Origin: Phycisphaerae bacterium
GTDB taxonomy: Bacteria > Planctomycetota > Phycisphaerae > UBA1845 > PWPN01
DNA length: 64,000 nucleotides
NCBI GenBank assembly: GCA_035384605.1
Contig: DAOOIV010000006.1
Coordinates: forward strand, 9,148-73,147
Direction of reading: 5' to 3'
Shown here: piece by piece, positions 54,174 to 63,862 of the stretch
Layout: each line of letters opens with the position of its first letter
Numbering within the stretch: position 1 is the first letter of the stretch
Program-made: the position numbers and the translations under genes
Notes under the pieces: generated by a model
What the model saw: only the letters and a program-made list of their open reading frames with translations
Databases searched by the model: none
Told to the model about the DNA's origin: nothing

Positions 54174-54717
54174 CGCCGGCCGGGGATGGTTCGGTATCCG
54201 GCTGTTCGACCACCTGCAGGGCATCAACCTCGCCGCTGAGAATGGCCGTGAGCTGGGCGCTGAGCCGCTCGATCTGTTCCTTTTCCAGCCGGGGGTTGAG
54301 CACCCGGTGCACGGTCTGGTCGCTGCTCATCCGCAGGTGCCAGTACTCACGGCCTTCTTCGGTCGTACTCCGGTCCATCTTCAGCAGCCGTTTGCGCATC
54401 AGCAGAAGGGCGAGGACGAAGCGCAATTGTTGCTTCGACTCCGATTGGGCGTCTTCCAGTTGTGTGAACAGTTGCGACAAGATGGCCATATCCACCGCGT
54501 AGGTGCCCGGCTTCTTCTCGCGAACCGGCACCCGGCCTCGCCAATAACAGAACGTGCCTTCCGGTGGGCCCTGCCAGACATCGACGGCATAATCGCGGCG
54601 TTCAAACCCGCTCGCCGTCTCGAGCAACACCGCGTAATAGGCCTCACCCTCGGCCAGCACCCGATCCGACGCCGCGCACCTGCCCGTCGTCCGTGATACT
54701 TCCCAATCCTCGACCAT
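54121..54717 (-). CDS. hypothetical protein (198 aa), first gene of a three-gene operon
   Basis: MVEDWEVSRTTGRCAASDRVLAEGEAYYAVLLE ... QQLRFVLALLLMRKRLLKMD. A beta-rich N-half is followed by a helical C-half and an acidic tail. No family recognised. Confidence 0.6.
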   Translation of the reverse strand: MVEDWEVSRTTGRCAASDRVLAEGEAYYAVLLETASGFERRDYAVDVWQGPPEGTFCYWRGRVPVREKKPGTYAVDMAILSQLFTQLEDAQSESKQQLRFVLALLLMRKRLLKMDRSTTEEGREYWHLRMSSDQTVHRVLNPRLEKEQIERLSAQLTAILSGEVDALQVVEQPDTEPSPAGDEENRSYGAVETDAQST

Positions 54718-54936
54718 CGATCCTGCTCGTGCCTACCTGTGACCGTGATACCACCCGGCCGCCAGAGACAAAGGTACACGATCCGCGGCAAGGCGTAAAT
54801 GCGGGAGGGTCCGCGCCCACAAGCCGGAATCCGGGACCAGCGAACGGAAATCATCGAACCGGCAACTTGGCCCGGGGCGGTACCATGGGGCTCAGGGGTT
54901 GGGATACCTCGCCGCCGCAGTGCCTCTCTGGACAAA

Positions 54937-55030
54937 CATAAGGCAGACCGCCTTTTTGCGGGCCGCAACCCAAGTGCTCTGCGATCGAGAAACATGCGCG
55001 CAAGCCGCACCCCTCTCTGGCCGTAAGGTT
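54937..55030 (+). repeat. ~94-bp intergenic repeat family, copy 3
   Basis: cataaggcagaccgcctttttgcgggccgcaacccaagtgctctgcgatcgagaaacatgcgcgcaagccgcac-ccctctct-ggccgtaaggtt. Confidence 0.8.
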
Positions 55031-55300
55031 GTAAAGCAGATCACCAGCCATGCCGGTCACGGCTGGGCGGCAACCTGAATCTGATGCTTGAGGATGCTCG
55101 GATGGCGAATGGCCGTGGCGACAGAGGGCCGCCAGGTTCTCAGGCTGCCACCGTGGGCATACCTTCGTCAGAAGCTTCAATCCTTGCGCCGCATGAGGAG
55201 CCGATGCCTCCGGCACCGGGGTCGTTGTACCGAGTTCCTCATCCACCAACGAACCCTCGATCAGGCAATCCATCGCCATCACCTTGGCGCTGCCCGGGCT

Positions 55301-57481
55301 TCATCTCGGGTCTTCGGTCAACTCCGATACCATTTGCTCGTAAGCCTTTCTGACGAGGCTGGCTTCCAGGCCGTTCGCGGCACTGGCATGCGAGGATGAC
55401 CATTTCATGCTGGTGGTATCGGCTTCAAGGGCCTTCGCCAGACGCTTCATTTCAGGCAGCAGGGTCTTGGCCTTGTCTCGACGGCCGGCCTGAACAAGCC
55501 GGCGGGCCCGGACAAGCGCGTCGAAGAAGTGCAACGTGTCAGCAGCGTAACGGATGGGGCCGGCATCCTCCATGATTCGCGACCGCACGCGCTCCGGCCA
55601 CTGCTGCGACTGCACTTCCTCCATCAGCTTCACACATTTGTCGATGGATGCGACCATCTCGACCAGATCGGGCCCGTCGTCGGCGTCAAAACGCGCGGCC
55701 TCATGCTTGAGGTGACGTGTCGGGAAGAGCTCCTTGTTATCACGGTTGAGCCGGTCGACCAGATGGTATTTCAGCGGCGTGGCGTTACACAAAGCGGTGT
55801 CGAGTATGCCGTACAGTTCTCGCAGCTTTCCGGCAGCCGGACCATACCGGTGGGCGAAGTAGTCATCGAGCAGGGCCTTGCTGTCGAGCTTCGGATCCCA
55901 CAGCATGCGGGCGAACTGCCAGTTGGTCAGAGTCCTGGTGCCCCAATCCCTGGTCGTGCAGTGCATGTAGTGCATGTGCCGGGCGCCTTGCTCGAAGTAA
56001 TAAGGGATGTCCACAGACATGGTCCGCTCGAAGACGATTGGCAGGCACTTGTATCGGCTCACATTATAGTATTCGCCGATGAAGATCTGCCCGCGGTAAT
56101 GGCGGTCCGGATTGACGAACCAGTTGATGAAGTGGTTCATGTAGCTGCGGTTGAACTCGGTGCAGGCCGGATCGTCGAAGCGGTGGACATAGCAGCGCCG
56201 GATGGGGAAGAACGTCGCGATGCAGTTCTCGTAGTCGAAGTCGTCCGGCAGCGGCCGGGTCGGTGGTTCGATGACGTCGGAGTATGCAAGGAAGTAGATG
56301 CGGATGTTGCGGTGCAGGCGGTTTTCCTGGGTCGCCCGTTCTGTCTCCTGTCGCAGCCGGTGCACCAGCAGTAGATTGCGATCCGTCGGGGTGCCGAGGG
56401 TCTTGCATGAGTCGCATTGGCACCATTTGCCGGCGTCGAGCGTCCAGAAGTTGATGCTGTCGGCGTCCTTCCACTCGCCGTCTATCAAGTCTTTCACGAG
56501 GTTCTTGAAAAACTCGTCGCATGCGTGGTGATTGGAGGTGCAGAAGTTGTCGCCGAAATCGTCCCGGATGCGAAAGCTCCGCTTGCCGCCGATGAAGCCG
56601 TACCATTCGGGGTGGGCCTCGCTGTAGCTGAGCTTGCCGTCTTCATCCGCATCGCCCTTGAAATCGGGGCTGACCGGATATGGGTCGGCCGGACGGTCAT
56701 CGTCACCCGCAAAGCCGCTGTGGTTGTAGGGATACGCAGCGTCCGGGCTGATAAACCGGTGCGTGAGCAGATGCCCGCCGCAGTTCATCTGAATGCCGCG
56801 TTTCTTGAGGGCGGCCTTGTCGGGCACTTGGACGCACCAGTAGTTCATCCGGTTACGGGCCATCCAGTCAAAGAACTCCGGATCACCGCGATCTTCCCAG
56901 GCGTGAAACCCGCGCGAGACAAAAGCCGGTTTCTCTTTGATGTTCAAGGACCGGTCCAGACTGCGTAGCCGACGATCGGGGATCTCCTCGCCGATCTTGC
57001 CGGGTGACAGCCACCGGACACCCAGGTGATCGAGGAAGCGGTAGACGCCGTAGAGTGTGCCGATTCGTCGCTCACCGCCGATGTGCGTCGACCGCTCTGC
57101 GCTCCGGATGATGTAGCCTTCCGGTCCGAGGTCGCCGAAGTCTGCAGGCGGCAGCTTCACCGCCTTGTTTGTTTGCGGGTTGCCGAGCAGGATGATCTCG
57201 CCCTTTGCAGGCAAGTGATCGTCATCGACGATCCGGTAGTCTTCTTGCCCTTCCGGCCCGGCCATCATTCGCAGGTATCGTTGCAGTTCGAGGGCCGCGA
57301 AATTCTCCGTGCAGATGACGTCGTCGGCATCGTCTCCATCGTCCCACTTGACGTTGGCTTCGTCGTTGCCGGCTTGTTCGGCGGACTTGTATTCTCCGCG
57401 GTTGACCACGATGAAGGTAGTGGCGGGCGCGGCCGGGGCGGCAAAGCCGAGAAGGGCAAGTGTCACGGGCAGAGACCGCAT
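55301..57481 (-). CDS. DUF4838 domain protein (GH20/GH67-N-like glycan-active enzyme candidate)
   Basis: Signal MRSLPVTLALLGFAAPAAPA after AGGAG. NFCTSNHHA and WCQCDSCKTLG Cys-cluster blocks are typical of DUF4838. Confidence 0.72.
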   Translation of the reverse strand: MRSLPVTLALLGFAAPAAPATTFIVVNRGEYKSAEQAGNDEANVKWDDGDDADDVICTENFAALELQRYLRMMAGPEGQEDYRIVDDDHLPAKGEIILLGNPQTNKAVKLPPADFGDLGPEGYIIRSAERSTHIGGERRIGTLYGVYRFLDHLGVRWLSPGKIGEEIPDRRLRSLDRSLNIKEKPAFVSRGFHAWEDRGDPEFFDWMARNRMNYWCVQVPDKAALKKRGIQMNCGGHLLTHRFISPDAAYPYNHSGFAGDDDRPADPYPVSPDFKGDADEDGKLSYSEAHPEWYGFIGGKRSFRIRDDFGDNFCTSNHHACDEFFKNLVKDLIDGEWKDADSINFWTLDAGKWCQCDSCKTLGTPTDRNLLLVHRLRQETERATQENRLHRNIRIYFLAYSDVIEPPTRPLPDDFDYENCIATFFPIRRCYVHRFDDPACTEFNRSYMNHFINWFVNPDRHYRGQIFIGEYYNVSRYKCLPIVFERTMSVDIPYYFEQGARHMHYMHCTTRDWGTRTLTNWQFARMLWDPKLDSKALLDDYFAHRYGPAAGKLRELYGILDTALCNATPLKYHLVDRLNRDNKELFPTRHLKHEAARFDADDGPDLVEMVASIDKCVKLMEEVQSQQWPERVRSRIMEDAGPIRYAADTLHFFDALVRARRLVQAGRRDKAKTLLPEMKRLAKALEADTTSMKWSSSHASAANGLEASLVRKAYEQMVSELTEDPR

Positions 57482-57523
57482 GCGTGATGCTCCTGTGCTG
57501 CGAGACCACGGGTGAGAAATCCA

Positions 57524-57644
57524 GAATGACGAAATCCGGATGACGAATGAAGCCCGAATGATGAACGTCGAACACCGGCCTTGGGCAATTCGACATTCGG
57601 GTTTCGTCATTCCTTCGTCATTCGGATTTCGACATTCGTCATTC
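57524..57644. repeat. long imperfect palindrome built from GAATGAC/GTCATTC-type heptanucleotide units
   Basis: The left arm has 7 units (gaatgac gaaatcc ggatgac gaatgaa gcccgaa tgatgaa cgtcgaa). A 16-nt spacer follows. The right arm has 8 inverted units (ttcgaca ttcgggt ttcgtca ttccttc gtcattc ggatttc gacattc gtcattc). Confidence 0.8.
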
Positions 57645-57667
57645 CTTGGCTGTTCAATTCGTCGCGA

Positions 57668-59644
57668 CTACTGCGCGAGGACGGGGATCTCCGTCACCCG
57701 CAGGCGCGTATTGCCGTAGGGGATGAGTTCAACGTCAGCCAAAGGCTGGTCCGACGTCACCGGACTGACGGGCGGATCGTCGGCCGAGTTGTCCACCATG
57801 CCCCACTGGGGGATCAGCCGCCCCTTGGCCTTGAGGACCACAGGCGGGTTGCGCTGATCAAACGGCAACTTGCTGATCGAGCGTTTTTCGACGGCGATCG
57901 ACTTTTCCGGATTCTCGCGATCGACCAGCAGGCCGTAGTTCCAGGGGGTCGTCGGCTCGATCGACCAGTCGATTGCCGGCAGCGTCTCGTGATGCCGCTT
58001 AATCTCCTTATACTGCTCGCCGATCTTGAGCGAGAAGTACAGCGGCCCCCGGAGGATCGAAACCGCGTTGTTGTAGCGAGTCTCGGTTCTCAGGTTCATC
58101 GGCAAGGTCACTTCAAGCATGTCGCCCTGTTTCCAGAGTCGATCGACAACGGCAAATGACCCCGGCCGCGTGTCGACGGTCTGTTCTGGAGTCTTGATCC
58201 GGGCGCCGGCAGCCCATGCCGGGATCCGCAGGTGTAGCGGGAACTTCGCGGGTTGCGGCGAATCCATGCGGATGCGGACCAAGCCGTCGAACGGGTAGTC
58301 CGTCAGCTCGACGAGCGTCACCTCGACCCCCTCGCCGACCTTCGCTTTCACGATGCTGGGGCCGTAGGCGATGACCGCAAGACCCTGGTCGTGCGTTGCC
58401 ATCCACAGGTGAGCCACGAATTTTGGCCAGCCCTGGTGCATGTTCGCGGTACAGCAACCGAAGTTCGGTTCCAGCCCGTAGACGTTCGATGCGTCGCCGT
58501 TCGTACTCCAGCGGCGTTTGGCCACGCTGACCAGCACCTGGTTGGCCTGCTGGTCGTACTGATGGGCCCAGTAATCCGGTGTGCACGTGCCGGGATTGGC
58601 ACTGTAGGCCAGCATTTCCAGGCGGTCGGCATAGTACACATCTCCCAGTTGGGCCGCGAGATTTTCCAGGGAGAACATGAACTCGACCACGGCGCATAGC
58701 TCGGTGCCTTGTGTCGGGCGTCGGCCGGAAAGATGTTCATCGCCGGCAAAGCGCCCGGTCACCTGCCCGTGGTATTTGTCGAGGCTGGCCAAGCCGGTTT
58801 TGACGGCTTCTACCAGTCTCGGGTCGTGAGCCTGAATGTACCGCATACCGGGGTGCTTGACGGCCATCGCAATGTTCACCACGTGGGTGGGGTGGCCGTA
58901 CTTGACACCCATGGCCATGACGTCATCGGTGTACGGGAAGTTGAGAAAGTAGTCGGTCCACTTGAAGCTGTTGTTGTAGATCGAGTCGGCCACTTCCAGG
59001 ATGGTCTTGTCGCCGGTGCGGTTGTAGAGCCAATAGGCCGTGATGATGTTTTCCATCGCCCGGACGCCACGCCACTCCTTGTCGGGCCAGTCTGGGGGGG
59101 CCGCCTTCAGGTAGTTGAAGTAGTTCTGCAGCAAGGGGATGACGCGCGGGTCGCCGGTGGCCTCCTGGTATTGGATCAACACCTTCATCGCCACCGCCAG
59201 GGGCCAGCGATCGGTGTTCTTCTCAGGGCCGAACCATCCGTCCGGTCTGGCCGAGGCGATGATCGGCTCGATCCACGACTTGACCTTGGCGATCAAACGC
59301 TGGTCGTTGAGCAGATACGCCAGGGGAACCAAACCGTCGAGGTAGTAAGGCCCTCGCTCCCAGGCTTCTGCATCCTTGTCCTTGCTGCCTCTCCAGGCGT
59401 TGTTGGCCAGGCTGGGCCAGAACTCATCGAGGCGGCCGGTCAATCCGTTGGCCTGGACAGTCAGTTGATCTTTGAGCCAACCTTCGGGCCTGACGGTTCC
59501 CAAGGGTAGGGGCACAAACTTGCTTTGAAGCAGCGGTTCACGGTTGACCGGATAGTGCTTGTTGGCCGGCTCGGCCGCCAGCCCGCTGGTCACCAGTAAT
59601 ACGATTACACACAGTCCAATCACCAACGATTGCATCATGGTCAT
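57668..59644 (-). CDS. DUF1680 / glycoside hydrolase family 127-like (beta-L-arabinofuranosidase-like)
   Basis: Signal MTMMQSLVIGLCVIVLLVTSGLAAE. YYLDGLVPLAYLL, GDEHLSGRRPTQGTELCAVVE and FGCCTANMHQGWPKF show the Cys-rich catalytic/Zn-site pattern of GH127/146. The exact ATG among three adjacent ones is uncertain. Confidence 0.78.
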   Translation of the reverse strand: MTMMQSLVIGLCVIVLLVTSGLAAEPANKHYPVNREPLLQSKFVPLPLGTVRPEGWLKDQLTVQANGLTGRLDEFWPSLANNAWRGSKDKDAEAWERGPYYLDGLVPLAYLLNDQRLIAKVKSWIEPIIASARPDGWFGPEKNTDRWPLAVAMKVLIQYQEATGDPRVIPLLQNYFNYLKAAPPDWPDKEWRGVRAMENIITAYWLYNRTGDKTILEVADSIYNNSFKWTDYFLNFPYTDDVMAMGVKYGHPTHVVNIAMAVKHPGMRYIQAHDPRLVEAVKTGLASLDKYHGQVTGRFAGDEHLSGRRPTQGTELCAVVEFMFSLENLAAQLGDVYYADRLEMLAYSANPGTCTPDYWAHQYDQQANQVLVSVAKRRWSTNGDASNVYGLEPNFGCCTANMHQGWPKFVAHLWMATHDQGLAVIAYGPSIVKAKVGEGVEVTLVELTDYPFDGLVRIRMDSPQPAKFPLHLRIPAWAAGARIKTPEQTVDTRPGSFAVVDRLWKQGDMLEVTLPMNLRTETRYNNAVSILRGPLYFSLKIGEQYKEIKRHHETLPAIDWSIEPTTPWNYGLLVDRENPEKSIAVEKRSISKLPFDQRNPPVVLKAKGRLIPQWGMVDNSADDPPVSPVTSDQPLADVELIPYGNTRLRVTEIPVLAQ

Positions 59645-59852
59645 TACTCCGTCACAGCGGGGGCAAGGAACACGCAAACGAAGATGACTATATACTGCCA
59701 ACTGCGTCCCATTGCCATGTGTCATACGAGAGGCGCGTGGACGGGCAGTCCATCAGACAGGCGAAGCCGCCGCTCATAAATGGTTTCGCGGTAATGGTTA
59801 ACGGGCCGAGCGGATCATGAGGGAGTGCTGACGGGGGCGTCGGCGCCGCTTG

Positions 59853-61184
59853 CTACACCTCCAGCTTCCATGGTGCCCGATACGGATACCGGAGCAGGTC
59901 GTCCAGATCGGTTCGGCCGACCGGTCGCTCGTTCTTGGCGTCCCAGATGATCGTGGACCTGCTCCGCAGGGCCAGGTTGCCCAAGTGGGCGGCGGTGCTG
60001 ATCGCGTGGCCGAGTTCGAAATCCTCGACCGGGCGCTGCCGCGATCGCATGCAATCCAGGAAGTTGCGAACGTGCTGCGGACGGCCGGCCTCCGCGAATT
60101 TGCTCTCGTGCTTCTCGGCGGGGAGAGGTTCTTCCTCGGATGGCACCCGCTTGTCCTTCACCGCAGGCGCGACTTCCCAGCCGTAAGCCCCGACAGTCAG
60201 CGTTCCCTCGGTGCCGTAGAATGCGATGCCGTGCTCCTTGCCGTCGACGCCGCAGCCTGCGGTCATCTGGTGCTCCCATATCAGGGCAAAGCCGGGGTAT
60301 TCGTACACGGCGAACTGCGTGTCGGGCGTATCGGAGATGTCGTCGTAGATGTACTTGCCTCCGGACGAGGAGACGCGCTCGGGCATCCCGACCTTCATGC
60401 CCCAGAGGGCGATGTTGATCAGATGCACGCCCCAGTCGGTCATCAGGCCGCCGGCGTAATCCCAGAACCAGCGGAAGCTGAAATGGAATCTTGCCGGGTT
60501 GAACGGCCGTTTGGGCGCCGGCCCGAGCCACATGTCATAATCGACACCGTCCGGGGCCTTGTCTTGGTCGGCCGGCTTCCCGACGCTGTGGACCCAGTTC
60601 AGATAGGCCCAGCAGCGGACCATGCGTATCTTACCCAGCTTGCCGGAATGAACGTACGCAATCGCCTCGGTGAAGTCCGGGTTGCTGCGCCACTGGGTGC
60701 CCATCTGCACCACGCGGTTGTACTTGCGGGCGGCATTCAGCATCGCCCGGCCCTCGCCGACGCTGGTGGCCAAGGGCTTCTCACAGTAGACGTCCTTGCC
60801 GGCCTGGCAAGCCATGATCGTCGGAATGGCGTGCCAGTGGTCGGGCGTGGCCACGACGACGGCGTCAACGTCCTTGCGGTCGATGACCGTGCGGAAGTCC
60901 TTCACCGTCTCGGGGGCCTTGCCGCGGGCTTTCTCGATCTCCTTGACGCCCTCGGCTAGCATCTTGTCGTCCACGTCGCAGATGATCGGGCACTCGACGT
61001 CGCCATATTTGAGAAAAGTCAGAATGTCGCCCCGGCCCATCCCGCCGCTGCCGATCAGGCCGACGCGGATCTTCTCGTTGGCCCCCAGCACGGACCGGGG
61101 GGCGGCCAATGATGACCAGACGGCCGAGCTGGCGGCCGCGGCCATGGAACTGTTGATAAAGTGACGACGAGTGATGCGGGACAT
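59853..61184 (-). CDS. Gfo/Idh/MocA family oxidoreductase with a Tat signal (GH109-like architecture)
   Basis: MSRITRRHFINSSMAAAASSAVW Tat signal. Rossmann motif IRVGLIGSGGMGRGD. ATPDHWHA ... AGKDVYCEKP. AGGAGA SD. Confidence 0.88.
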   Translation of the reverse strand: MSRITRRHFINSSMAAAASSAVWSSLAAPRSVLGANEKIRVGLIGSGGMGRGDILTFLKYGDVECPIICDVDDKMLAEGVKEIEKARGKAPETVKDFRTVIDRKDVDAVVVATPDHWHAIPTIMACQAGKDVYCEKPLATSVGEGRAMLNAARKYNRVVQMGTQWRSNPDFTEAIAYVHSGKLGKIRMVRCWAYLNWVHSVGKPADQDKAPDGVDYDMWLGPAPKRPFNPARFHFSFRWFWDYAGGLMTDWGVHLINIALWGMKVGMPERVSSSGGKYIYDDISDTPDTQFAVYEYPGFALIWEHQMTAGCGVDGKEHGIAFYGTEGTLTVGAYGWEVAPAVKDKRVPSEEEPLPAEKHESKFAEAGRPQHVRNFLDCMRSRQRPVEDFELGHAISTAAHLGNLALRSRSTIIWDAKNERPVGRTDLDDLLRYPYRAPWKLEV

Positions 61185-61206
61185 GGAAGATCTCCTAAAA
61201 GAAGCT

Positions 61207-61234
61207 GTCAGCCGTCAGCTTTCAGCGGTCAGCT
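61207..61234. repeat. four GTCAGCN heptanucleotide units
   Basis: gtcagcc gtcagct ttcagcg gtcagct, located 23 nt upstream of the Gfo/Idh/MocA start codon. Confidence 0.6.
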
Positions 61235-61468
61235 TGAGAACCAAGATTGCGATATCTGCCCGAATACCGTACTCGGCCGCCTGGACGACCGCAACAGCAG
61301 AACCTCAAGCCTCGGCGGGCGTAGCGCATCCGGCTCGCAGATGATCTCGCGTCCTTCTTCGGCTGATGGTTGAACAAGTTGGCTCGGGGCTCTTCTGCAG
61401 CGTCGAGGCATTCAGTGATTCAAGTCGAGTAGCGCGCATCGCCTTGTCGCGAAAGCCCTGTCTGTGGT

Positions 61469-62341
61469 ATGAATGCATCCATGAGAGGCAAACAAATCAT
61501 CAGCGTCCTCATTCCAGTTGTCTCACTCTGGCCCTGGATTGCCCTGGCCGAGTTTCCCGGCGAGCGGCCTTACCCGGGAATCACATACGTGCAGGAAACC
61601 CGTCAGGATCCGCCCATGCGCCTGTTTATTGCTCAGGTGGATTTGGCCGACCCGAAAGTGCGTGTCGATGTTGCCCCGGGCGGGCCTGACCCGGACGGGC
61701 CCGGCGAGTGGGAGACGACGCTGATGGTTCCAAGCAAGGTTGCGTCCCGCGAGCGATTCGACCTGGCGGTCAACGGCGATTTCTTCAGCATTCCCAAGCC
61801 CGCCAGCTCCGCAGCTCAGCCGTCATATCGCCCCGAGGTCTGGGCCAACGCGATCGGGCCGGCGGTGACGGACGGAAAGGCTTGGTCCGTTGCCGAGAAG
61901 AAGACGCCCTGCCTGATCGTTCGTAAGAACGGACGTGTTTCGATCGAGATGATCGACCGGCCACCGTCTGACGCGGCCGAGGTTGTCGCAGGCAACGTGA
62001 TGCTGGTTGAGAACGGCAAGCCGGTGCGGCACGAGAGCAAAGCCAGACATCCCCGAACGGTTGTCGGTCTGGACAAGAAAAAAAACCGGTTAACCATCCT
62101 GGTGGTCGATGGTCGCCGGCCGGGCGCGTCGATCGGCATGAGCTACGAGGAACTCGCCAAGGAAATGATCCGCCTTGGCTGCCACACGGCGGTTAATCTC
62201 GACGGCGGCGGCAGTTCGGTCATGGTCATGCGCGATCCGGAAACCAACGAGTATAAGATCCTCAATAAACCCAGTGACGGGCGGGAAAGGCCGGTCGCCA
62301 ACGTGCTGGGGATTACCGTCGGGAATGGGGAGAAGAAGTAG
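61469..62341 (+). CDS. phosphodiester glycosidase family protein (DUF2233)
   Basis: AVNGDFF, PRTVVGLDKKKNRLTILVVDGRRPGASIGMSYEELAKEMIRLGCHTAVNLDGGGSS, plus a signal peptide. Confidence 0.82.
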   Translation: MNASMRGKQIISVLIPVVSLWPWIALAEFPGERPYPGITYVQETRQDPPMRLFIAQVDLADPKVRVDVAPGGPDPDGPGEWETTLMVPSKVASRERFDLAVNGDFFSIPKPASSAAQPSYRPEVWANAIGPAVTDGKAWSVAEKKTPCLIVRKNGRVSIEMIDRPPSDAAEVVAGNVMLVENGKPVRHESKARHPRTVVGLDKKKNRLTILVVDGRRPGASIGMSYEELAKEMIRLGCHTAVNLDGGGSSVMVMRDPETNEYKILNKPSDGRERPVANVLGITVGNGEKK

Positions 62342-62418
62342 TCAGTTATCAGTTCTCAGTGATCAGTCGAGCGACTTGCGTCTTGCCTTGCCGACAGCTA
62401 CATGCTGATGGCTGACCG
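62342..62418. repeat. TCAGTNN heptanucleotide units (x4) with two inverted units, between convergent genes
   Basis: tcagtta tcagttc tcagtga tcagtcg (62342..62369) and ctgatgg ctgaccg (62405..62418). Only a weak hairpin is possible (4+5 bp). Confidence 0.6.
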
Positions 62419-62424
62419 CTCTCC

Positions 62425-63552
62425 TCAGTGCCCCGGCAACAACTCGATCAGTTGGTCGATTTCCTCGAGCGTGTTGTAAGCATGTGGGCTGGCGCGCAGA
62501 CGGCCTTCACGGCAGGAAATGATGACGCGGTGTTGCTCCTGCAGACGCTTTCGGATCTCTCCATGGTCGTGGTGGTCTGAGACGAATGCGACGATGCTGC
62601 TGGCCTCACCGGGGAGTCTGGATGAAACCACCCGGTAGCCCTTGCCCCTCACGCCTTCGACCAGCCGATCGGTCAGCGCGAGCGCCCATTGGGCCACGAC
62701 ATCGATCCCTGCTTCGAGCCACATCTCAATCGACGCGCCCAGGCCGCAGATGCCCGCGAGATTGTAACTGCCGGTGTCGAACTTGCGGGCCGATCGCAGG
62801 AACTCAAAACGGTAGTTGCCGAAGTCTAGCGCGTCCTCCATGCACAACCAACCGGCAAAAACCGGCGTCAGCCTGTCAAGCAGTTCGCGCCGGCAGTAGA
62901 AGATGCCGCAACCCTCGGGCCCGCACAACCACTTGTGCCCGTCGGCCGAGAGGAAATCGATTTGCATCGCTCGAACATCGATCGGCAAGACTCCCAGGGC
63001 CTGGATCGCGTCCACGCAGAGAAGAACGTCTCGCTCACGGCAAACCTGCCCCAGGCGTGGCAGATCCATGCGAAATCCGCTGGCGTATTGGACGGCTGAG
63101 ACGCTCACCACGCGCGTCCGCTCATCGATGGCCGCGATGACGTCCTCCGCCGGCACGCGTCCGTCGACCTCCTTCACCATTCGCAGATCGACGCCCTGCC
63201 TGCCGAGCCCCATCCATGGGTAAACGTTGGCCGGAAACTCCACCGCCGTGATCACGACGTTGTCTCCGGCCCGCCAGGGCAACCCGCCGGCCACCCAGCC
63301 GATGCCTTCGGTGGTGTTTTTCGTGAAGGTGACCTCATCGGGATCGGCACCGATCAAGGCGGCGGCGAGGGAGCGGGTTTGCTCGGCATTCATATAGAAA
63401 TCCGCGCCGATCGTGGCCTGCCCGCAAGTATGTTCGATGTAGCGGCACATGGCCTGGGACGCCGGACTGCTGAGCGGGGCCACCGCCGCGGCGTTCAGAA
63501 AGTTGTACCTTCGCGTTATCGGAAACAGTTCTCGGAGTTGGCGCACATTCAT
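62425..63552 (-). CDS. class V aminotransferase (cysteine desulfurase / selenocysteine lyase-like)
   Basis: FLSADGHKWLCGPEGCGIFY carries the PLP-Lys context. The overall layout is class V. The start was chosen at MNVRQLRELFP. The ORF extends to 63600. Confidence 0.85.
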   Translation of the reverse strand: MNVRQLRELFPITRRYNFLNAAAVAPLSSPASQAMCRYIEHTCGQATIGADFYMNAEQTRSLAAALIGADPDEVTFTKNTTEGIGWVAGGLPWRAGDNVVITAVEFPANVYPWMGLGRQGVDLRMVKEVDGRVPAEDVIAAIDERTRVVSVSAVQYASGFRMDLPRLGQVCRERDVLLCVDAIQALGVLPIDVRAMQIDFLSADGHKWLCGPEGCGIFYCRRELLDRLTPVFAGWLCMEDALDFGNYRFEFLRSARKFDTGSYNLAGICGLGASIEMWLEAGIDVVAQWALALTDRLVEGVRGKGYRVVSSRLPGEASSIVAFVSDHHDHGEIRKRLQEQHRVIISCREGRLRASPHAYNTLEEIDQLIELLPGH

Positions 63553-63862
63553 TCGTTGGCAATCTCCCGTGCTTCCACCGTTATCGGCACGTCCGATCAT
63601 CTCTTGACGGCCAAGACCGATAGGTAAAGGTTCCCTGAAAACAAGGAAAGCAACATCATATCAGACGTCCTGTTTCTCCGCTCGCGCCAATTTGCCTGAA
63701 TTGCCTGTCTTCTTTGCCCGGTGGGGCAACTGAATCGTAAGTTTTCCCTGCGAGCAAGTTGCTCACGGGGAAAGCGAGCCACCTCCGCACCGCGGCGGGT
63801 CTGGCCGCGGAACCAAAGAGTGCTTTGACGACAGCTTTCGCACGTTGCAAGGGGGGACAACC

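Noticed and set aside
54851-55282. 143-aa minus-strand ORF between the DUF4838 gene and the unknown operon
   Set aside because: Its distal half is the translation of repeat-family-2 copy 3, and the same peptide appears at the other copies. SD context is poor. The first ~60 codons have moderately high GC3, so a short real gene cannot be fully excluded.
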